A stretch of DNA of 32,000 nt from contig NC_017080.1 of the NCBI RefSeq assembly GCF_000284115.1, positions 3,330,001-3,362,000 of the forward strand, in the 5' to 3' direction. A program made the translations under genes and the position numbers. The notes below the pieces were generated by a model. It did not search any database and was not told where the DNA came from. It saw nothing but the letters and a program-made list of their open reading frames with translations. Positions 24,327-31,301 of this stretch are shown piece after piece. This DNA comes from Phycisphaera mikurensis NBRC 102666. GTDB lineage: Bacteria; Planctomycetota; Phycisphaerae; Phycisphaerales; Phycisphaeraceae. Positions within the stretch are counted from its first letter, which is position 1. Every line of letters begins with the position of its first letter.

Positions 24327-26234
24327 CTAGCTGATCGCGATGGGCGGCAGCGGGATGCCCATGGCCTCGGCGACCACCCGGAGCAGCTCGGCTTCCTGTC
24401 GATCGGTCACGCCGTCCTCCTTCACGGCGGCGGTGCAGGCGGCGAGCACGGCACGCTTGCCGCCGGGGCGGAGGCGGGCGAGCCGCTCGAGGGCGGCGCC
24501 GAAGCGCTCGCGGGTGAGCGGCTCGGCGGGCGGGGCCGGGGCGGGGCCGCCGGCCCGACGCAGCGCCTCGGCCGCGGCGGCGAAGGCCGCGGCCGGGTCG
24601 CCGGCGGCGGAGCAGAGCGCCGCGAGCACCGTGCCGGCGGCATCGGCTTCGGCCGCGAGCTTCCGCCCGCCGCCGCGGGCATCGTCCCCGCGGGCGTCGC
24701 CGCCGTGGTGCCCGCCGACCTGACGCTCCAGCACCTCCAACAGCGCCCACTCGAACCGATCCGTCCGGTCGTCGGCGGCGACCAGGGCCTCCACCAGGCC
24801 CCGCAGCTTGCGGTACTCGTACGCCGCCATGCCCGACAGCGCCGGCACGCACAGGCTCAGCACCGGAAGCCGCAGCGACCGATCCAGCCGGACCGTCGGC
24901 GGCGCCAGCCGCACGGCCTCCCGCAGCACCGCCTCGTTCAGGCCGCTCTCGAGCAGGCGGAACTGCCGCTCCCGCACCGCGTCGTCGCGGTCGAGCAGCA
25001 GGCAGAGCAGCACCGCCTGCGCGCCGACGCTGCGCCGGGCCGCGTCCCGCAGCGCCTCGGGCACGCCCGCCAGCACCCGCGGCCCCTCGTCCGCGTCGAA
25101 GGTGCCCGCCTCGCCCACGCGCGGCACGCCCGCCGCCGGGCCGCCGCCGGCGAAGCCCGCCGCCGCCGCGGACCGCCGGGTGTTTCCGCCGTCTTCCTCG
25201 GCGGTCCGCGGCGTGGCCCCGTCCCAGGAGGGGTCCAGCCGCTTGATCCGCTCCGGCAGCGGCGGGTGCGTCGCGAACGCCCCGCCGAAGCTGCTCACCG
25301 CGTTGCCGAACATCATGTGCGCCGACTCCGCCGCGTGCGGCGTCCTCAGCTTGGCGCCGTCCTCGAAGCCGCCGATCACCTTCAGCGCCCCGGCGATGCC
25401 GTCGGGGTTCCGGGTGAACTGCACCGCGCTCGCGTCGGCGAGGAACTCGCGCTGCCGCGAAACGGCCGCCTGGATCAGCCGCCCGAAGATCACGCCCACG
25501 AAGCCGATCGCCATCAGCCCGAAGGCGATGACGATGATCGCCACCTGGCCCCCGCCGCCCTCCCGGTCGTTTCCACGGCGGACACGGACGCCGCCGGAGT
25601 ACCACATGCCCCGGAGGATCGTGCCGCCGATGACCTGCAGGATCATCACCCCGAAGATGACGCCCATCAGCTTGATGTTCAGCCGCATGTCGCCGTTTAG
25701 GATGTGGCTGAACTCGTGGGCCATCACGCCCTGGAGCTCGTCGCGGCTGAGCTTCTCGATCGCCCCGCGCGTGACGCCGATCACCGCCCGCTCGGGCGTG
25801 TAGCCCGCCGCGAAGGCGTTGATGCCCGCCTCGTTCTCCATGAGAAACACCGGCGGCACCGGCAGCCCCGACGCGATGGCCATCTCCTCGACGACGTTCA
25901 TCACCTTCCGCTGGTCGGGATCGACGGTGTCGGGATCGATGCGGCGGCCGCCGAGGCTCCGGGCGACCGTCTCGCCGCCGCCGGCGCGGAGCTGGGCCAC
26001 CTTCCCCAGCGAGCCGCCGCCCACGAGCAGGCCGACGCCCGCGGCGGTGAGGCCGAGCAGCTCCAGCCAGGGGATCGAGGCCGGCAGGCCCTCACCGCCG
26101 CCGGCGGTCATCGTGAAGGCGACGATCACGAGGCCATAGACCAGCGCGGTGATGCAGATCACCGCGAGGACGAACAGGAAGATCAGCTTCGTCGTCTGGG
26201 CGCGGGCCCGGTCCTGGTGCTCGAAGAAGTCCAT
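24327..26234 (-). CDS. Membrane M48-family (HtpX/Ste24-like) zinc metallopeptidase with long C-terminal non-protease extension
   Basis: The ATG at 26234 gives MDFFEHQDRARAQTTKLIFLFVLAVICITALV. N-terminal TM helices are present, and the HExxH motif is in MAHEFSHILNGD. The ~270-aa C-terminal region ends in a TerB-like segment, DGVTDRQEAELLRVVAEAMGIPLPP. The ORF-track start at 26342 runs through a 21-bp inverted repeat and is rejected. Confidence 0.85.
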   Translation of the reverse strand: MDFFEHQDRARAQTTKLIFLFVLAVICITALVYGLVIVAFTMTAGGGEGLPASIPWLELLGLTAAGVGLLVGGGSLGKVAQLRAGGGETVARSLGGRRIDPDTVDPDQRKVMNVVEEMAIASGLPVPPVFLMENEAGINAFAAGYTPERAVIGVTRGAIEKLSRDELQGVMAHEFSHILNGDMRLNIKLMGVIFGVMILQVIGGTILRGMWYSGGVRVRRGNDREGGGGQVAIIVIAFGLMAIGFVGVIFGRLIQAAVSRQREFLADASAVQFTRNPDGIAGALKVIGGFEDGAKLRTPHAAESAHMMFGNAVSSFGGAFATHPPLPERIKRLDPSWDGATPRTAEEDGGNTRRSAAAAGFAGGGPAAGVPRVGEAGTFDADEGPRVLAGVPEALRDAARRSVGAQAVLLCLLLDRDDAVRERQFRLLESGLNEAVLREAVRLAPPTVRLDRSLRLPVLSLCVPALSGMAAYEYRKLRGLVEALVAADDRTDRFEWALLEVLERQVGGHHGGDARGDDARGGGRKLAAEADAAGTVLAALCSAAGDPAAAFAAAAEALRRAGGPAPAPPAEPLTRERFGAALERLARLRPGGKRAVLAACTAAVKEDGVTDRQEAELLRVVAEAMGIPLPPIAIS

Positions 26235-26263
26235 GGGCGTGGCATCGCTTGGCAGCGATCCGA

Positions 26264-26348
26264 GCGAAGGTGTCAGGTACCTTCGTCCCTGACGCTGCGG
26301 CCGGATCGGGAGCGGGCGGACGCGGATGAAGGTACCTGACACCTTCGC
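26264..26348. repeat. Perfect 21-bp inverted repeat (43-nt spacer) between lemA stop and M48 start
   Basis: gcgaaggtgtcaggtaccttc (26264-26284) is the exact reverse complement of gaaggtacctgacaccttcgc (26328-26348). GC content here is lower than the surroundings. It lies 15 nt after the lemA stop and 29 nt before the M48 ATG. Confidence 0.8.
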
Positions 26349-26363
26349 CGCGCCGCGGGACGA

Positions 26364-26966
26364 TCAGAACTTCACGGCCGGCGCTTCCCGCTTCACGCTC
26401 TCCTCGATCTCCAGGTACTCCGCGTCCTGGAAACCCGCCACGCCGGCGATCAGCACCGGCGGGATCGTCTTCTTGTAGGTCTGGTAGGAGTTCACCGAAT
26501 CGTTGTACGCCTGCCGGGCGAAGGCGACCTTGTTCTCGGTGCTGGTCAGCTCTTCGGTGAGCTGCATCATGTTCTGGTTCGCCTTGAGCTCGGGGTAGGC
26601 CTCGGAGACCATCATCAGCTTCCCGAGCGCCTGCGTGAGCTGGCCCTCGGCGGCGCCGAGCTCCTGCATCGCGCCGCCGTTGGTCGGATCGCCGGCGACG
26701 TGCACGCGGGCCTGGGTGGCGGACGCGCGGGCGGAGGTCACCGCGTCGAGCGTCTCCTTCTCGTGCGCCATGTAGCCCTTCGCCGTCTCCACGAGGTTGG
26801 GGATCAGGTCGTAGCGCCGCTCCAGCTGGACATCGATCTGCGCGAAGCCGTTCTTGGTCCGCTCGTAGAGCGTCGTCAGCCTGTTGTAGATGCCCATCGC
26901 CCAGAACGCGAGGATGGCCAGCAGCACGGCGGCGACGACGAGCACGATGATCAGAGTGGTTCCCAT
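26364..26966 (-). CDS. lemA: LemA-family membrane protein
   Basis: Sequence is MGTTLIIVLVVAAVLLAILAFWAMGIYNRLTTLYERTKNGFAQIDVQLERRYDLIPNLVETAKGYMAHEKETL...AFARQAYNDSVNSYQTYKKTIP, a typical LemA sequence with one N-terminal TM helix. Confidence 0.92.
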   Translation of the reverse strand: MGTTLIIVLVVAAVLLAILAFWAMGIYNRLTTLYERTKNGFAQIDVQLERRYDLIPNLVETAKGYMAHEKETLDAVTSARASATQARVHVAGDPTNGGAMQELGAAEGQLTQALGKLMMVSEAYPELKANQNMMQLTEELTSTENKVAFARQAYNDSVNSYQTYKKTIPPVLIAGVAGFQDAEYLEIEESVKREAPAVKF

Positions 26967-27029
26967 GTTCTGGAGCGTAGAGGGGGGGGGAAGCCACGGG
27001 GCGGAGCGACGCGGCGGGGGGTTCTCGAG

Positions 27030-27188
27030 CGGAGGCGCTGCAGGGTCCGCGAAGGTCGTGCGGGGCGGGTCGGACCGGGGTTGGGTGAGAGACGAAGCGA
27101 CGCAGCGGGAGGTCTTCGTACGGAGGCGCTGCAGGGTCCGCGACGGGAGTGCGCGGCGGCTTGGGCCGGCGCTGGGTGAGAGACGAAG
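27030..27188. repeat. Duplicated 68-bp block (period 91 bp) in the lemA/BaxI divergent intergenic region
   Basis: 27030-27097 versus 27121-27188 matches at 59/68 positions, ungapped. This includes the identical 23-mer cggaggcgctgcagggtccgcga and the identical 15-mer gggtgagagacgaag. The 11-mer gcggagcgacg flanks the pair (27001-27011 and 27209-27219). Confidence 0.85.
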
Positions 27189-27237
27189 TCAGCAAGAGAG
27201 ACTGCCGAGCGGAGCGACGGCGCGTCCTGTCTGTCTT

Positions 27238-27269
27238 CGTCTCTCCGTCTCTCCGTCTCTCCATCTCTT
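27238..27269. repeat. 8-bp tandem repeat (cgtctctc x3 plus one degenerate unit) within a polypyrimidine tract
   Basis: Units are cgtctctc at 27238-27245, 27246-27253 and 27254-27261, then catctctt at 27262-27269. In the surrounding 27225-27300 I count 11 purines in 76 nt on the plus strand. Confidence 0.85.
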
Positions 27270-27360
27270 CCCCGCTCCGCCCCGCCTCTGCGTCCCCTCC
27301 GGCGCGGCATACGATTCCGTGTTCTCCCCACCCCCCTGCCCCCCCAAGGACCACCCCGCC

Positions 27361-28161
27361 ATGTTCGGCAACCCTGCGCTCAACGACAACACCTTCGACC
27401 GCGACGTCGACCGCTACCGCCCCGGCGGGATCCGGGAGGAGGCCGAGGCCCAGCCGGACGCGATGACCGTGCAGGGCACCGTTTACAAGACGGCGATCCT
27501 GCTGGGCCTCGCGATCTGCACCGGCGTCTTCACGTGGAACCAGACGATGGCGGCGGGCAGCCCGCCGGCGATGTACCTGCTCGTCGGCGGCATCGGCGGC
27601 TTCATCGCGGCGCTGGTGACGATCTTCAAGCAGACCTGGGCCCCGGTCACCGCCCCGATCTACGCCCTGCTCACCGGGCTCATGCTCGGCGGCGTGTCCG
27701 CGATCTACCAGCTCAACTTCGGCGGGCAGCACGTCAACGGCTTCTCGCTGAACGGCATCGTCGGGCAGGCGATCGGCCTCACGGTGGGCGTCACCGCCGC
27801 GATGCTGATCCTCTACACCTTCCGCATCATCAAGGTGACCGAGAAGCTGCGGGCCGGGATCCTGATGGCGATCGTCGGGGCGGTGGGCTTCAACCTCGTC
27901 GCGTACCTCATCCTCCCGCTGTTCGGCGTGGACACCGCCGCCGTCACCGGCAGCGGCCCGCTGGCGATCGGCATCTCCGTGGTCATCTGCGGCGTCGCGG
28001 CCTTCAGCCTGCTGATGGACTTCGACCTCATCGAGCGCGGGGCCGCCTCGGGCGCCCCCAAGCACATGGAGTGGTACGGCGCCTTCGCCCTGATGGTCAC
28101 GCTCGTTTGGCTCTACCTCGAGCTCCTCCGCCTGCTCTCCAAGCTTCAATCCCGGGATTGA
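27361..28161 (+). CDS. Bax-inhibitor-1-like / YccA-like integral membrane protein
   Basis: The ATG at 27361 gives MFGNPALNDNTFDRDV...MTVQGTVYKTAILLGLAICTGVF. About 7 TM helices follow, ending in FDLIERGAASGAPKHMEWYGAFALMVTLVWLYLELLRLL, typical of the actinobacterial-type Bax inhibitor-like family. The upstream part of ORF 26890..28161 is non-coding repeat DNA. Confidence 0.8.
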   Translation: MFGNPALNDNTFDRDVDRYRPGGIREEAEAQPDAMTVQGTVYKTAILLGLAICTGVFTWNQTMAAGSPPAMYLLVGGIGGFIAALVTIFKQTWAPVTAPIYALLTGLMLGGVSAIYQLNFGGQHVNGFSLNGIVGQAIGLTVGVTAAMLILYTFRIIKVTEKLRAGILMAIVGAVGFNLVAYLILPLFGVDTAAVTGSGPLAIGISVVICGVAAFSLLMDFDLIERGAASGAPKHMEWYGAFALMVTLVWLYLELLRLLSKLQSRD

Positions 28162-28175
28162 ACTGCGCTGATCGA

Positions 28176-28193
28176 GGCCCGCTTCCGCGGGCC
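28176..28193 (+). terminator. GC hairpin after the BaxI-like gene
   Basis: ggcccgc ttcc gcgggcc forms a 7-bp perfect stem with a 4-nt loop, 15 nt after the stop at 28159-28161. There is no U-tract. Confidence 0.4.
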
Positions 28194-28309
28194 GGATCGC
28201 CCGGGAGCCGGAGCGGGTGCGGCACGGGCTCGATCCGGGTGGATCTCGAACCGTCGGCGAGGCTCGCACTCAATTCGACATCGATAAAGATGCCGGTTTA
28301 ACCTCCGGC

Positions 28310-31138
28310 ATGCACCTCTCCCGCTTCTGCTCGCTCGGACTCCTCGCCGCCGCCGCCTCTCCGGCCGCGGCGGCCGGGCTCGATGACCTGCTCCAGGACC
28401 TCGCCTCGGCGGGGGCGGAGGTGTCGACCCTGCCGGACCTCGGCGGGAGCGAGGCGCTGGCGGAGGCGCTCGCGGGCAAGCGGCGGCGGGCGGTGCAAAA
28501 GGTGGCCGAGGGCCTCAACGCCGCGGTGTACGCCGGCGGCGGCGAGACGCTGGTCGTGCTCGCGGTGGCGCCCGATGCGGTCGCCGGGTACCTGCTCCCC
28601 GGCGGGGAGCGGCTGGCGTTCCGATCGCTCGGCGGCGAGGCGCTCCAGCCCGGCGGCTTGCTCGACCGGCGGGTGGTCTTCGCGACGAGCCCACGCGACT
28701 GGGACGGGCTCCAGTACTACACCCAGCTCTCGCCGGCGAACCCCGAGCCCGTGGAGGTGACCGGGGCGGCGGTGGACGAGTCGGTCGCGTTCTCGGTGGT
28801 GCGGGTCTCGGCGGCGGGCGGCGCGGGCGCCGTGGCGACGCTGCGGGAGGGGCTGGAGGCGGCCGCGGATCGGCTCGCCGCCGGCGAGCACGTGCGGGTG
28901 GAGGTGTCGCCGGGCCTGTACCGCGAGGGCGGGCTCTCGCTGCCGGGCAACCTCGGCGACGACGCGGCCGGCACGCTGGTGATCGAGGGCGTCGGCCCGG
29001 GCGAGGCGGTGATCACCGGCGCCGACGTCTTCTCGGGCGGCTGGACCGAGGTGCCGGACCACCCCGGCGTGTGGTCGAAGCCGTGGCCGCACCGCTTCGG
29101 CATGGGCGGCCAGCCGTGGGCCCGCTGGGGCTACCTGCTGCCCGCGGAGGCGTGCCGGGCCGAGGTGATCACCGTCGACGGCGAGCTGTACCTGCCGGTG
29201 ATGCTCGAGAAGTTCGCGTGGTCCGACCCCGACGGGGCGGTGCCGCTGGACGGCTTCGCCGACGGCACGAACCAGCCGGGCCGGTGGGAGCCGTCCGGCG
29301 TGCGCTCGCCCGAGGACCTGCCCGAGGGCGCGTACGGCGTGGTGGAGGCGGAGGGAACCGTGTACCTGCGTCCGCCGGCGGGCACCGACCTCAACGCCGC
29401 GGCCGTGGAGTCCGGGGTCCGGCCGCGGCTGCTCTCGCTCCTGGATCGGAGGGACACGGTGCTGCGGAACCTGACCTTCCGGCACGCCGCCCACCACGTG
29501 GGTGGGGCGCCCGACGGCTCGCGCGACCGGGCGGTGGAGCTCGGCGGCCGCAATCTGGTGGTCGAGAACTGCCGCTTCGAGGAGAACGCGGCCTTCGGGC
29601 TCGCGCTCGGCCGGGCGGTGGCCGACACCACGATCCGCGGGAGCGCCTTCAACGCCAACGGCTGGAAGGGGCTCGGCGGCGGCTTCCTGCCCGAGAACGT
29701 GCTCTTCGACGGCAACGAGAGCTCGTCGAACAACTGGCGTGGGCACATGGGCGGCGAGCACAGCTGGGACGCCGCGGCCGTCAAGGTCTTCGGCGTGAAC
29801 TCCGCCCGGGGCATCGCGATCCGGGGGCACCGCAGCTTCGCGAATCTCACGCACGGGTTCTGGCTGGACCAGTCCTTCGTGCCCTACGCGCCGGTGGAGA
29901 TCTCCGACGGCCGCTTCGTGGACAACCGCTTCGGGGCGGAGCTGTACCTGGAGAAGCTGACCGGCCCGGTCGAGATCGAGCGGAACCTCGTGGACAATGC
30001 CAGCGGGCTCTACGGCGTCAACGGCACCTCGTGGAACCTGCACTTCCGCGGCAACGTGCTGGCGGCGAGCGGCGACCGGACGGTGTTCTTCCTGCACCGG
30101 CGCGGCAACGAGAGCGACTACGCCAACGCCTCCCGCGACTGGATCGTGGCGGACAACCGCATCGAGGCGGCGACGCCGGACGCGTCGGTCTACCTGCAGG
30201 GCAGCACGCCCGGCCAGTACGCCGAGTTCGTGGCGACCTACCGGGGCAGCGGCAACCTCTACGTGCGGCCCGGGGGCAGCCGGCCCTTCGTCGGGACGGA
30301 CGGCCGGCCGATCGACCTCCACGGCTGGCGGGCGCTGACCGGGCAGGAGGAGGGCTCCGCCGCGGTCGCGCCCGGCGAGGGCCCGGCCGCCCGGATCGAA
30401 CTCTCCGCGGAGGACCGGCGGCGGCTCGCGGCCGCCAACGCCCGCACCGACCGCTTCCTCGCGATCGCGGCCGCGGTGGAGGCGTCGAGCGGCCCGCCCT
30501 TCGAGCGGATCACGCGAGCGGTCGGCAACAACGTCCAGCCGGTGAGCCTCGCCGGGCGGGCGAACCGGGCGCTGCTCGGCGGGGACGCCTGGATCGGCGG
30601 CGGCATGCAGCTCAACCAGCTCGGCGGCGGCCGGAGCGTGTTCGCGGGCGTGCCGTTCGACGTCGCCGACCCGGCGGGCGGAGCGGAGGTGGCGATCGCG
30701 CTGCGCAGCGAGAAGCTGCCGGGGGTCGCTCGCGCGGTGGAGGTGCCGATCGGCGGCCGCGTCGAGGCCGTCTACGTGCTGCATGGGGCCGGCTGGGTGG
30801 ACGACGATCCGGCGCCCGTGGGCGCGTACGAGCTGATCTACGACGACGTCGACGAGGACGCGGCGGGCCTGGTGATCGGCTCGGGCGGTCCGGGCGGCCC
30901 GGCGGCGAACACGGAGCCGCTGGTGGGCGACTGGTACGGAAGCTTCCAACCCTTCGACGGGCGGAAGGTGCGGCACGCGCGCCTGCCGGCCAACGAGGCG
31001 GGCGTGGCGGCGAACCTCTACATCGTCGAGATCGTGAACCCGCGGCCGGACCGCGCGGTGCGCAGCCTCCGGCTGCGGAGCTTCGAGGGGCGGGACCCGA
31101 CGCTGGTCGTGCTGGGCGTCACGGCGCTGCGCCGGTGA
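28310..31138 (+). CDS. Secreted right-handed parallel beta-helix repeat protein (pectate-lyase-fold), 942 aa
   Basis: The ATG at 28310 gives the signal-like MHLSRFCSLGLLAAAASPAAAAG. Beta-helix repeats are NLTFRHAAHH...NLVVENCRFEENAAFGLALG...IRGSAFNANGWKGLGG...VLFDGNESSSNNW...GIAIRGHRSFANLTHGFWLD...ISDGRFVDNRFGAELYLE. A C-terminal ~200-aa domain of unknown function follows. Confidence 0.75.
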   Translation: MHLSRFCSLGLLAAAASPAAAAGLDDLLQDLASAGAEVSTLPDLGGSEALAEALAGKRRRAVQKVAEGLNAAVYAGGGETLVVLAVAPDAVAGYLLPGGERLAFRSLGGEALQPGGLLDRRVVFATSPRDWDGLQYYTQLSPANPEPVEVTGAAVDESVAFSVVRVSAAGGAGAVATLREGLEAAADRLAAGEHVRVEVSPGLYREGGLSLPGNLGDDAAGTLVIEGVGPGEAVITGADVFSGGWTEVPDHPGVWSKPWPHRFGMGGQPWARWGYLLPAEACRAEVITVDGELYLPVMLEKFAWSDPDGAVPLDGFADGTNQPGRWEPSGVRSPEDLPEGAYGVVEAEGTVYLRPPAGTDLNAAAVESGVRPRLLSLLDRRDTVLRNLTFRHAAHHVGGAPDGSRDRAVELGGRNLVVENCRFEENAAFGLALGRAVADTTIRGSAFNANGWKGLGGGFLPENVLFDGNESSSNNWRGHMGGEHSWDAAAVKVFGVNSARGIAIRGHRSFANLTHGFWLDQSFVPYAPVEISDGRFVDNRFGAELYLEKLTGPVEIERNLVDNASGLYGVNGTSWNLHFRGNVLAASGDRTVFFLHRRGNESDYANASRDWIVADNRIEAATPDASVYLQGSTPGQYAEFVATYRGSGNLYVRPGGSRPFVGTDGRPIDLHGWRALTGQEEGSAAVAPGEGPAARIELSAEDRRRLAAANARTDRFLAIAAAVEASSGPPFERITRAVGNNVQPVSLAGRANRALLGGDAWIGGGMQLNQLGGGRSVFAGVPFDVADPAGGAEVAIALRSEKLPGVARAVEVPIGGRVEAVYVLHGAGWVDDDPAPVGAYELIYDDVDEDAAGLVIGSGGPGGPAANTEPLVGDWYGSFQPFDGRKVRHARLPANEAGVAANLYIVEIVNPRPDRAVRSLRLRSFEGRDPTLVVLGVTALRR

Positions 31139-31140
31139 TC

Positions 31141-31192
31141 GATCCGCGGACCGCCGGCGATTCGGCCCCCGAGCGGCCGCGGTCCGCGGATC
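31141..31192. repeat. REP-like palindromic hairpin, copy 3 (best copy)
   Basis: gatccgcggaccg (31141-31153) is the exact reverse complement of cggtccgcggatc (31180-31192), with a 26-nt spacer. It starts 3 nt after the beta-helix gene stop, in the gap to the convergent recombinase gene. Confidence 0.65.
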
Positions 31193-31301
31193 ACCCGCCG
31201 GCGGCGCCGATCGACGTGGCCGGGGGTCGCGGGCGGCCACGGGGCGGGCGTCGCACCCGCAGCGTGATCCGCTCGCACGCCCGGTCCCCCGAGGGCCCGT
31301 G

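Noticed and set aside
27030-27270. Possible CRISPR-like or coding repeat in the lemA/BaxI intergenic region
   Set aside because: There are only two copies of a diverging 68-bp unit plus an 8-bp microsatellite. There is no repeat-spacer periodicity, no cas genes and no coding potential (the frames give junk with low third-position GC).
28228-28256. tRNA T-arm-like string on the minus strand (GGTTCGAGATCC) that could mark a tRNA fragment or att site
   Set aside because: The flanking bases do not form a T-stem, acceptor stem or anticodon arm. No integrase is adjacent, since the recombinase lies 3 kb away and looks like housekeeping XerC/D.
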